Below, in pieces: positions 37,151 through 49,132 of a stretch of DNA of 64,000 nt. The DNA is from Carcharhinus longimanus (lineage: Eukaryota), in NCBI GenBank assembly GCA_030264375.1, contig JASCQW010000072.1, forward strand, positions 28,730,789 through 28,794,788. Reading direction: 5' to 3'. The position numbers and the translations under genes were made by a program. A model generated the notes under the pieces. That model was given only the letters and a program-made list of their open reading frames with translations. It made no database searches and was not told the DNA's origin. How positions within the stretch are numbered: position 1 is the stretch's first letter; the number at the start of each line of letters is the position of its first letter.

Positions 37151-39685
37151 CACTCATTCAGAACTTCACCCGTACAATTTCATTCATCAGTCCAAGAAAT
37201 CCATTTGAGAAATGTAGGTTGTTCCGAAGAAGGTTTTTCACTGTATATGACAAAAATGTGGAATAAGAAATAAAATACATTAGGCACAGGAGTCATTTGG
37301 CTCAGCCAGATGCGAAAGCAGGCTCCAAAAGTGGATAGTGGAGGCTCCAGAGAGTCAGCAGCTGACTTTATTGGTACAGGCATGGATCTCTGGATGCTCC
37401 TTAAAGACAAAAGATGATGCACGAACAGCAGACTGATACAAAAATGCTGAGGCTCATATTCTACGGCCAGAAACAGATGGTAGGGATCATTGAACCAGAG
37501 GCATCTGCATCTGTCCATCCAACAAAGAGGCTTTGAAACCAATCAGTACAAACAATATGGATGTTTGATTACTGGCAATCTGGCCCCTGGGGTGGTTAGT
37601 CCTCTAGGACTCTCACACTCTGAGATGAGTCCCACCTGGGTCTCAAAATATCAAACTTATACCAAAACAGAGCCAAGTCCCACTGATGCCTCACCTTGAG
37701 GCAGGTCTGGGTGCACAACACCAGAATAGGTTTTAAAAGGGAACGGAGTGGCAAAATTAAGTGCCATTCATTAGTGTGAACACACATTAAAACCACTTGG
37801 TAACATATGAAATGTGGTACTCTGAAGTAAGTGTATTCTTTCTTTTCATTGCTTTTCAAAGGAAGCTTGGAGGTCAGTTTGCAATACAGACATATTTAAA
37901 TCCATGTCACCTTAAGCTGGCCCCTTCAAAGGGACATCATCAAAGGAGCAGTGTTGTATGTGGACTCAGCTGGGAGTGTAACACTGGTTTAAATTTTCTT
38001 CTGTTGTGCAGCCTTATCAGTGAATCACTACCATTTCCTCTTCGTACTGCTCTTGTTCTTTCTCTATTTATACCCACTGAGAGTCCCATGGGAAGGATTT
38101 TATATCAGGAGGCTAGGAAGAAAAGATTTCCCTCATAATACTGGTGAAAGGCAGCTTGTAAAATCTTTTCTGTCATAGCCAAGATGAGATTTTTCTAATT
38201 GTTTCAGTCAAAGCTGATGTTTCAAAATGTTTGTGGACATTTATTTGTAGCCTGTGAACTCAACTNNNNNNNNNNNNNNNNNNNNNNNNNNNNNNNNNNN
38301 NNNNNNNNNNNNNNNNNNNNNNNNNNNNNNNNNNNNNNNNNNNNNNNNNNNNNNNNNNNNNNNNNCCAGAATCAATTCAAAATGTAGTAATTTATTAAGT
38401 AACACTTCTGTGAACTCAACTACTTCTTGATTGGCACGTGATGTTTAGCGCTCGGTCTAAATTTAATCTGTTGCAATTCTGCTGTAAATGCAGAAATTTT
38501 AGGAAAAGCTGGTTTTGCCCTCATTTGTATTTAAGCACTACTACAGGCTGGCTGCATCCTCTGCCAGCGCACAACTCTGTTGGAATTTACTATGTATTCT
38601 GGAATGGATATTAACTTTAGTATATCCAATCTTCACCTCAAAGTCACAAATCTGAACCCAAAAACCATTGGAATTCCAGGCCCTCAATTTTATGTGCATC
38701 AGTATGGCATTATTTTCAAAGGTCTTAATCATTGAAACAACCTACAAAACATTAATTGTAAAAATCATTCTGAAAAGGAAAATTTGTAACAAAGTGTAAG
38801 CTAGAGAATTTTTAAAAATTATTAATTTGTGGAATGTAGGCATTGTTGGCAAGGCCAGCACTTAATACCCATCCCTCGTTGCCCATAAGGTGTTGGCAAG
38901 CTGTCTTTTTAAAGCACTGTAGCTGGTGTCCAGATACAATAAAACAGACAGGATCAACATGGAGTCAATGCGCATACTTTTTACCAGCTGACAGGTGCAG
39001 TAGCAACAATGTCGGCATCACGTGGATTAACACTTATTTTCAATATTGGAAAGGTTGAAATGGCTTGAAAGTTAAGAGAACAAAGCTGCACTGATGCCAT
39101 CAAGTTTGTTTACTAATCCATTAGGATCCGGACATTTGTTGGCCACCACCTTTTCCGATTTTTCGAGGATGACAGAGAAAGATTCAATAATTCTACATAT
39201 TGATAACTCGAGGCAAAATACATTTTTGGATCACTGGGATTTATTTATATTGTCAGATTTCCTATTCTTCTCGTCATGGTGAGGTCGGGCTGTACTGTTG
39301 CAAAGGGGGAGGGAGCATATTTCCACTGAAAAGCTTTGATGATACGTTTGTGGAAATGTGCTCTGAGACAAGGGAAATAAGTGACTTTTGATTGGTTAGT
39401 GGAACATCAACCCATTGCAGACAGACAAAAAAATAAATTTGCTCCACCGACAAATTATTATTGACATAATATGTATATGCAAATAAACTGGAAGAAAATG
39501 GCTGTTTGGGTGAATAGTGGCTTAGGTGCATATGCTTTCATTGGCTTTAAATCACACAAAGACCATCCATTTGCACAGAATTAAAACTTGGCCCGTTGTG
39601 TCTGCCTGGTCAAGTGTGTAGGAGCACATTGGCAATGGATTCCAATCACTGAACAAGTATACAGAGAATAAAAGGAGACCTTTCA

Positions 39686-39975
39686 GGTGGCATGGTGGCA
39701 TAGTGTCTAGCACTGCTGCCTCACAGTACCAAGGACCCTGGTTCGATTTCCAGCTTGGGTTACTATCTGTGCGGAGTCTGTATGTTCTCCACTGTCTGTG
39801 TGGGTTTCCTCCCACAGTCCAAAAAAATGTGCTAGTTAGGTGCACTGGATATGTTAAGTTCTCCCTCAGCGTCCATGAACAAGTGCCAAAGCATGGCGAC
39901 TAGGGGATTTCACAGTAACTTCATTGCAGTGTTAATATAGGCCTATTTGTGACACTAATAAATAAACTTTAAACT
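39686..39975 (+). mobile_element. V-SINE with alternative 3' tail
   Basis: Head and core as HE1; tail as at 1730-1832. Confidence 0.8.
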
Positions 39976-40239
39976 TCAAATAAACAGATAAATAGGCCCT
40001 ACTTTGCTGTGGGTAAGGAACAAAAAAAATTCTGTTCCTTAGAGAGGAGAAATAAGACAGAAAGTGGGTCAACCTTATCCCAGACAATACATAAGCACAT
40101 GGTTGCTTTAACAAATATAAATTCCATTAAAAAATATCTTTACACATTTATTTCACCATTTATGTTGCTTTTGCTACCAGAACATATACAAAAAGACCCC
40201 AAAAAGTTAATGTTTGATGGTATTTCCTGGTTTAATGCT

Positions 40240-40810
40240 GTTACTCACCTCCTGACTCCACAAAGCCTATCCACCATCTACAAGGCACAAGTCAGGAATG
40301 CGATGGAATACTCCCCACTTGCCTGGATGGGTGCAGCTCCAACAACACTCAAGAAGCTTGACACCATGCGGGACAAAACAGCCTGTTGACTGGAACCACA
40401 TCTATAAACATTCAATTCCCCCAACACCGATGTTCAGTAGCAGCATGTGTACTATCTACAATTGATTGCACTGCAGCAATTCACCAAAGATCCTAAGACA
40501 GCACCTTCCAAACCCACGACCACTTCCATCTAGAAGGACAAGGACAGCAGATAAGTTGGAACACCATCACATGCAAGTTCCCCTCCAAGTCACTCACCAT
40601 CCTGACTTGGGACTATATCACCATTCTTTCGCAGTTGCTGGGTCAAAATCTGGAATTCCCTCCCTAACAGCATTGTGGGTCAACCCGCAGAACACAGACT
40701 ACAGCAATTCAAGAAGGTAGCTCACTACCACTTTCTCAAAGGCAACTAGGGATGGGCAATAAATGCTGGCCAGCCAGCGACACCCACGTTCCACGAATGA
40801 TTAAAAAAAA
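40240..40810 (+). mobile_element. CR1-clade LINE 3' end
   Basis: THLLTPQSLSTIYKAQVRNAMEYSPLAWMGAAPTTLKKLD; tail ending in polyA. Confidence 0.85.
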
Positions 40811-41233
40811 CTTGTGCATCAACCTGAAGGGCTGACAACAATCAAATCTTAGTGCACTTGATTAACGGCCTATCAAAAGAGTTTTAGAAATTGTTTGTAG
40901 CTGTTATGTTAGGAGCAGTGGCTTGCTACTGGGAGCCATTTTAAAGTTTATTTATTAGTGTCACAAGTCGGCTTACATTAACACTGCAATGAAGTTACTA
41001 TAAAAACCCCTGAGTCACAACACTCCAGTTCAGCTATCAGCTTTAGGGTCGAGGAAACTGCATGAACATCAGGTAAACTACAGCAACATGATTTTCCATC
41101 CCCTTGAGATGAAACTGTGATCAGAAACTCAGCAATCCGGGACTAAATCTGCATGTCAGTACCCTGCCACAATATCGAATGGAGCTCTATCCTTGCTTCA
41201 ACATCTGTATCAAAAATATTGAAACATGCATAC

Positions 41234-41344
41234 TTATCCATTTTCTTCTGCACCAAATCCAGGAATTCATTGCAGTACACAATATTGTCTGGTAGGCCCA
41301 CATTGAAAGAATGATCTTTAGCCATGTGATTGAAGAGAATAGCC
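41234..41344 (-). CDS. ZNF277: ZNF277 exon 6
   Basis: gttcag|G acceptor and AA|gtatgc donor; 111 nt; AILFNHMAKDHSFNVGLPDNIVYCNEFLDLVQKKMD. Confidence 0.95.
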
Positions 41345-41744
41345 CTGAACATATATTTAAAATAAAACTGAAATTAATATTTTTCATTCAAGTCCTTACC
41401 TTCATTATCACTTCTATGATATAAAGTTGTATTAACATTGGCAAGTTATTTTATTTGCACTTTTGGAATGGAGTTAGTTTCTAAAATGAACAAAAGTGTA
41501 ACAAGTTCAACTCCTTTTAAGCTTGGACATTTAATGACTTGAAAAGCTTCATGAAATAAATTTTGTTCACCAACCCTTTGTTTCAGAAAGTCCTAATTTC
41601 CGAAAAAAGTTTTAATCAAATTAAAAACAAAAAGAACACATATTGTGCGCTGTATTTTAATTTAATCATATTGTGCATTTTTAAAATTCTCTTCATTGGA
41701 AGTACTACCTGAAGACCCCATCATCACAAAAAAGCCTAAGCATA

Positions 41745-41748
<4 letters not shown>

Positions 41749-41782
<34 letters not shown>

Positions 41783-41796
41783 CGCGCATGCATGCA
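41749..41796. repeat. (TG)15 microsatellite extended by alternating pyrimidine-purine sequence
   Basis: (tg)15 followed by tatgcgcgcatgcatgca. Confidence 0.9.
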
Positions 41797-42455
41797 AGAG
41801 AGAGATAGCAAGGTGAGCAAAGACCACAGAACTTGGAGAGCTATTTATGTAATGACCCAAATTTGTCTTCCAGAGGAGAAAAAAAATCTCATATACATGA
41901 TAATTTATTAAAATGTCAACTTAGTCATGTGTGCAGGTCTTTGCCTCTGTCTTCTGGTGCTTCAACCTGAACTGTTTGCTTGGCAGTTTTTATTAGTGGT
42001 GACTTGCAATTGCCTTCCATTCCCAGGTGCAGGGTGAGGAAGCGTATTCATTAAGTGATCAGAATGCATGAATGACAGAACAGAGGTACAGATGATTAAG
42101 GGACTGCCTGGGGATTATGGCAGTTGCCCTGAAAGGGGGAAGGAGGGGGCATCTAACCAACTAAGCAAATCAGCCCCCCAGCGTAATAACCTATAAATAT
42201 ATGAAAATATATTTTAGAATTCTCTCAGTAATCAGTGGAATATGGTACAATGCTGTGCAACAATGCAACGTCGTTCTCTTGGTCACAAGTGGCAATTAGT
42301 TTAACATTCAGCAATTTGAATCTCAGAAAAGGCGTGTGTTTGAGGAAAAGAAAGTTAAAAGAAAGTTAACTATTAAAAAAAGGAACTTGAAAATTTCATA
42401 GTCACTTGAATATTCTCAGGATTTAAAAAACACAGCTGCCTCAGAAAGTACAGAC

Positions 42456-42547
42456 CTGTTTCCTGAAAATTCTTCATTACAGAACATACATATACGAGCA
42501 AAGCTGCTGTCATTCCTTTCCTGCTGCTGCTGTTCCAAAACCTCTTC
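42456..42547 (-). CDS. ZNF277: ZNF277 exon 5
   Basis: ttacag|GAA acceptor and AG|gtctgt donor; 92 nt; EEVLEQQQQERNDSSFARICMFCNEEFSGN. Confidence 0.95.
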
Positions 42548-43062
42548 CTGTAAAAGAGGAAACAAATCAGAAAATTCATGCTGACCATGTTATATTTTTC
42601 ATAGAGAACAGCAAAGGAAAAAAATAGACGAGACAAGCAATCTGTAAAATTATTGCTGACTGGGTGATATTCAATTTTAATTATGTTCATGTTCTTACAG
42701 ACTATGTAAAGAATACTCATAGAAACAACGAATGATCTATACTTACTGCGAGAGAAAAAGAGCTAACTCATACAAGTAAAAAAAAAATTCTATTTCAAAC
42801 ATATCTTTAACATAGAAAATGTCCTGCATTCATTGAAAGATGAGAAGCAGATATCAAATAGAAGAAGAATTAGGAGAAATGATGGAGTGATGCTCAAAAC
42901 GCTAGTTTTAAAGAGGCCCCTGCAGGTGAAGGGAAAAGCAGTGAGAAGGGTTTTCAAGAACTTCAAAGATTAGGTGACAAAGATTAAGATAGCTAAGGCT
43001 GCAGCACCATTGTGTGGTGGAGGACAGAGGGTTCAGAATCAAAAGACCAATGCTGAGAAATT

Positions 43063-43240
43063 AAGAACATAAGAACTAGGAGCAGGAGTAGGCCATCTGG
43101 CCCTTCGAGCCTGCTCTGCCATTCAATAAGATCACAGCTGATTTTTTTGTGGACTCAGCTCCACTTACCCGTCCATTCACCATAACCCTTAATTCCTTTA
43201 CTGTTCAAAAATTTATCTATCTTTGCCTTAAAAATATTCA
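43063..43240 (-). mobile_element. CR1 3' end inserted in an L2-like fragment
   Basis: aagaacataagaactaggagcaggagtaggcc. Confidence 0.8.
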
Positions 43241-43339
43241 ATTGGATTGGTGGAGTTTGAAGAGATATAATAGGGAAGGCCCTGGGGAAGAATTTAAAAT
43301 GAAGATGAAGCCTTTTGAATTTGTTGTTTAAAATTTAAG

Positions 43340-43620
43340 CATATTTATTTATTCATCACAGGTAGGCTGACATTAACGTTGCAATGAAGTTACCGTAAAA
43401 ATCCCCTATTCACCACACTCCGGCACCTGTTTGGGTACATTGAGGGAAAATTTAGCATGGCCAATCTACCAAACATACACATCTTTGGACTGTTGGAGGA
43501 AACCCACGCAGACACAGGGGGGAAGTGCAGACTCCACAGAGACAGTGACCCAAGCCAGGAATCAAACCCAGGTCCCTGATGCTGTGAGACAGCAGTGATA
43601 ACCACTGTGCCACCATGCCA
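43340..43620 (-). mobile_element. V-SINE with alternative 3' tail
   Basis: Reverse complement of the 39686-39975 family. Confidence 0.8.
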
Positions 43621-43879
43621 CTCCCATAAGAGTGATGGATTAGTGTCTGAAGAATTAGGAGAAATGATGACAATGATTTCAATGATAGCAAGTGAGGCAC
43701 GAATGGGAGTGAACAATACTGCGGAGATGGAAATAAAGAAGTCTTGGTGATGAACAGAAAATTACATTTCAAGCTTAGCTTAGGTTTGAGAAGCACAGCA
43801 AATCCCAACAGGTAATTCAAAGAGCAGAAGGTGACGATTTCAAGCCTCACTGTCTTGAACATCTATTTTACAGTGATAA

Positions 43880-44200
43880 CTAGTGCACAACTGACAGGAT
43901 GCTGTCATGTCTGACCTGTTTTTGGATGAGACATAAAACAAAGTCTAGTCTGTTTCCTTGCATGGACAAAAAAAGAATTCAGGGTACTATTCAAGAAGAA
44001 TTAGGGGAATTCCGTATTCTGGCCAATAATTCTCCAAACAAGAAAACAAAAAAAAAGAGTGCTCAGTTATTTGCTGGTTGTGCAACTTTGTTGTTTGTAT
44101 ACCGGTAGCAATGCTTACCTGCAAAATAATAGTCACAGCACATCAACAAGTAATTTATGGTTTGTACAGCACTGAGGCTGAAACAAGGTGCTACGTTTGA
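43880..44200 (+). mobile_element. Ancient Deu-domain SINE, SacSINE1/AmnSINE1-like
   Basis: ttttggatgagacataaaac...actattcaagaaga...ggggaatt...ctggccaata resembles the recalled Deu-domain consensus. Confidence 0.55.
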
Positions 44201-47200
44201 GAGAAAAAAAATTCTTGTTTTTCATTGTATATTTTAAAAAGTTCCAGGAATATAATGCAAAACTCATGCTTTGTGAGTTATGCTTTCATATCTTTCAACA
44301 CTGACTTAAGCAATTTAAAAATCAGACCATGGGCTTTAGTCCAAAAACTAATGGATAACAGGAAATTCCTGTTATTCCAGGCTAGACAAAAACAATTTTT
44401 GATGAGCAGTTTGTACTTTGTGAACCACTATAATACATTTTTTTTTAAAGAAATGGAAGTTATTAATGATCAGTTTTCATTTAAAAGGTGTCATCAAGTG
44501 AGATGCTATTTGTATTTAAAAGATTATGTTCATTTTCTGTCAGTAGCTTTAAACTTGTAATTATTTACATCTGTGCTAGTTATCAGAATAGAATTTTTGT
44601 TGTGAAATCAGGATACACTATGTCATTTCTGGATCTGGTCCACATTTCTAAACACAACTTGATTTGAGTCATTACAGAGTAATAATGCAGCAAGCCTACT
44701 TCAATAATCAGATTTATTTTCTATTAAATTACATTTTAAAACATGGTTTTTTGCAGATTTTGCTTTTTTTTCCCTCAGTGGGTGGTTGGAGTGATGGTTT
44801 CAGACATTGAAACCAATCCTTTAGGCAAGTGTTTGCTCTGTTTTTACCATAAAATGCTTTTACTTATCCAAATAAGGTATCTATGTAATTTCTACTCGAA
44901 GAATTGTAGTTGAAAGTCAAGAATTGCACAGAGAACCCAGTTAACTGCATTCCTAACTTGCTGATATTATCAAAAGAAAAACTGCCTTTGCAAAGCATCT
45001 TTCAAATTCTCAGTATTCCAAAGTGCTCTGCAGTCAATTAACTATAAGTTTAATTATTTTTCTGCAGGAAAATGCAACAACCAATCTGTGCATAGCAAGG
45101 CACCACAAGCAATGAAATAAATTATACCGGAGGAACTATCCATGTCCTTTCTAGAAACCTTTCTTTTGTGGAGTTCAGGCTTTAGAAATGATGGTGCTGT
45201 GTTGTGTTTACGATGATGCGCTCTGTGAAATATGCTACAAACAAGGAGTTCTACCACTTTACAATCTCTTGGTCTGGTCCACGTTAATCTGAAGCAATGT
45301 GTTTTGACGTGACAAGTCCAAGTGCAGATCAACATCCAACTCAGACACCTCGTTCAAAGTTGGCACCTTTACACAGAACCTGAAGCCAATCTGCAGTCCA
45401 TGAAGATCTGATGTAGAATCTGATCTTGGCAATGGAGTTCTTGCCTGCTGGTTGGAAAATTAAGAGTCCTGCAGCACCTCTCTTTGGAAATGCCTAATAG
45501 GATTAAGTGACTGTCAGGCCAATTTCAGGCCATGTCTGGGATTCAGGACCCCAGGAGCATAAATACTGCCCACCAAGAGGTGAAGTCAATTAGAGGCTGT
45601 CAGCTCACCAATGCCAACAAGTCTGGTTGCTGCTGGTGAAGAACACTGGGAGATGCCTAAAATCGCTGAAGGACCTGGGCCACAGATAAGAAAGAGTGGG
45701 ATGGGAGTGCTGCGAAGAAGGTTACAGGTGAGCTGGGGAGTAAATGTCAGTAGTGGTGTTCAACAAGGAACCTCTTCTCAATGCTGGGTTTCCCAATCAG
45801 GTGCTATGCCTTAGAACAAGAGATGCCTCTCGTGAGGCTGCAAGCAAATCAGTGGCAGTGGAATGACGCCCTAAAGTGGGTATTAATGGCCTACTTAAGG
45901 GCCATAATTACTGTCCGGATCTAATCGGATGGGGATGTGGAGGTACTCCCCAGCAACGTCTCACCAAGTAAATGTCACCCTGTCTCCAAACATGCCACTG
46001 GTTGGGGACTGTGTGTGTGTATGCGTGCGCGCTCAGAACATCCAGTGGTCAAACCGCCAGAAATGTCTTTAACCAGAGTTGGCAACCTAAAAGTAATACA
46101 ACATTAGCATCTTCTGATCATGAACTGTGGGTAGTGGTTCATAAACCATGTTAATTAACTAAATTTGCCCTAACATTTGTACTTACATTTTTATATGTTT
46201 GTACTCAATGTATCAGCTACTTTTCTCGCTTTTTATTCTACAGTATATTTACACAAAATTAATACAAAATGGACAGTGAAATGGAATTTACTTTCAAACT
46301 CTGAGCAAAAGCCTATTCCAATGTGCCCTTCATTTCCAGTAGTTCACAAATGTCTGGTTATTATAAAACTTTCCAGATGATTTCTACTTCCAAGAATATG
46401 AAAAAAATACATAGCAAAACACAAGGAAGGGATTATAAATGAAAAATTGTTTAAAAAACGATGGCTGTTTGTTTTAGTACAGCTGTATCATATCGAGAGA
46501 GAAATCATTGTAAAACTCGAATGTTGTAACAATATCTGTTCACACTGCTTTTAACCAAATCTCGTTCAGTTCAGCATCAACCTGACGCAGTTTCTCCCAT
46601 TCGATGCTGTAGTCAATAAGGTCATATGTAGATGGGGGCCAGGGGAGTCCTTCTTTTTAGCAGTCAACTGGGATAGGATGCACAACAAGCTTAAGGTCTG
46701 GTAACAGGACTGCTGTGTGCAGAAGAGCTGTAAGGGTCAAATATCAGTTAAGGACACACTTTTAAAGGTGAAAATAAATGCAACTAAATTGGCATAGAAT
46801 TTTTCAGACATTCCGTTGAAGCACGATTTCATTTTTATATGTTGGCTTTAGAAACAGTGGTATTTATGGTAAATCATGATCTTCTTTATAAACTGACCAG
46901 TCCTCTGAAATAAAAAAAGAATGAGGCCAGGGTTAATCTTATAAGAGGCTATTTTTTCTACTCCGTGCCAGAGAGCAATTGAGTACAAATCAGACGCATG
47001 TGACTTTTTTGAGCTTTCACCAGTTTCTGTTCTGTAGCCAACCACTGTAATATATAAAAGAGTGTTTTGCACTAGCAACTTCCTTAGCTGTTTGTTCATA
47101 GGAATCCCACTTCCAGGAGAAAGTATAGGCACAATCCGAGATCGTGCCAATTTTTGTCACAGCACCTCAGAACACAAGGATGTTCCAACACTACTGCATC

Positions 47201-48439
47201 CCAATCCAAGCAGTTACTTTTTTAAACAACAGATTTGCCTTGACCTTTTCATCTTTTATTTAAACAACTTAAAAAACTTTGAAATAAAACAGGAAGCATA
47301 GCCAATGCAAATTTCACTCAATTTCTGCTACTTGCAGAAGAATTACAATATATATTTGAATTAATAAAGTACTGACTACTTTTTAATAATCTTCTTTGCA
47401 TTTGTGTATGTTAATTGCTTGGTACAGGTGCCAATTAACTGATAAATATGAGCTGTTTAGGGATGATGCTGCAATGATTCATTGCACAGCTCATTCTCAA
47501 TCTCAGACGTGCTGTCTGCTGTCAGACATGTGGCTGCATAATCTTTTTACGTAAGGCTTTAAAAAAAAACTAATGCTGGTCACAATTTTTAATCCTTAGA
47601 GGGGAAAACATTTTGTACTTGGTAAATGTCAATGTTGAAATCTCTTTGGCAATGAGACTCCATTAAGATATTTGTCAGTGCAGGACCACACAGCCAGCTT
47701 GGGGGACTGGACAGATGAAGGTAAAATCACGTTACTGGATAAAGAACAGAGAATCGATCTACACTGTGAACAGTAAAAATGTCACAGGAGCTGGAAACAG
47801 CGAGAGCAAGAGATGCAAATACACAAACTGCATGTGAAGAAAAGGTAAATATATATATGTATATATATAATACAGCAGTGACAAATAAAGTGAAGCAATG
47901 TTAAATCTACATTGGTTTGAGAATTGCCTGTGATTTTGGGTAAAGAACTTTGAAGGCATGAAAAGTGGGCTATCAGATTAACTTGGCCGATACCAGACAG
48001 AGGTTAGCTACAATAACAGACTTGAAAAACACAGGCTATACACAATGCATCAGGGAATGTTAACAGGATATCCAAAACACGTTTAAAGGTTGAAAAGGCT
48101 TTGAGATGGTAAACAATGAAAAAACTATTTCCACTGCTTGTACATCAGGGTAAGTGATCATAAACTGGTGGTCAAATCAAAGCAGGAGGATAGAAATATT
48201 AGAACATGAAACGTATTATGACATTTGGTGATTGAAGCAGAAATGTTCCCAGAGCGAACTGAAAAATAAGAATATTAATAATTTCAGGGAAGAGCTCGTA
48301 AATGGTATTACAGTAGATGGCACCAATGGGAAGTTGATATTTGAAAAGGCAAAAATGTTGTCACATAATTGTGAATTCAAGATTATTTTCTGTTCTAAAA
48401 GTTTATTTCTCAATGATTGCTGTCTTCAATTCCATTCAC

Positions 48440-48860
48440 AGCTCCTCAAATGATGAGGCAAAATCTGCCCTGCAGCAAGAATTGAACAATATTCAGGCCT
48501 GGGCTGGTAAGAAATGGCAAGTAACATTCGTACCAACAAGTGCCAGGCAATAAATATCTCCAATAAAAGAGAATCCAACCATCTTCCATTGATATTCAAT
48601 GGCATGATCATTGCTGAATCCCACTCTAATAACATCCTGGGTTGTCACTGACCGAAAACTTAATTGGACCAACCAAATAAACACTGTAGCTACAAGAACC
48701 AGGTCAAAGTTGTGAACTCTGTGGCAAGTAACAATCCCATCTTATTACCCAAACCTTGTCCACCATCTACAAGGCAATAGTGTGTTGCAATACTTTCCAC
48801 TCACCTGAGTGACACGCAGCTCCAACATTCAAGAAGCTCCACACCATCCATGAAAAAGTC
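48440..48860 (+). mobile_element. CR1-clade LINE RT fragment
   Basis: LQQELNNIQAWA..WQVTFVP and STIYKA remnants. Confidence 0.7.
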
Positions 48861-48889
48861 GACAAGATAATGACCAGAATTTATTTTCA

Positions 48890-49132
48890 TGTTGACTGAG
48901 GATGAACGTTAGCCAGGGACCCATGGATAACTTTTTTTAAATAGCGGTATGGAATCATTTCTATCTACTTTAGAAAACAGACCAGAGGCCCTGGTTAAAG
49001 CCTCATTCAAAAGATGCAATTTCAGTCGAGCAGGACTCCCATAGTACTGCCTAGATTTTTGTTTTTAAGTCTTTGTAGTTGGCATCGAACCCATAGCATT
49101 ACTTGAAGTAGGAGTGCTTTCAACTGAACCAT
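48890..49132 (-). mobile_element. Ancient Deu-domain SINE
   Basis: Minus strand has a tRNA-like head (tggttcagttg...gggttcgatgcc) and cttttgaatgaggctttaaccagggcc core. Confidence 0.55.

Noticed and set aside
37180-37542. 120-aa minus-strand ORF in ZNF277 intron 6
   Set aside because: No motif recognised, non-ATG start and no clear splice signals; compatible with chance.
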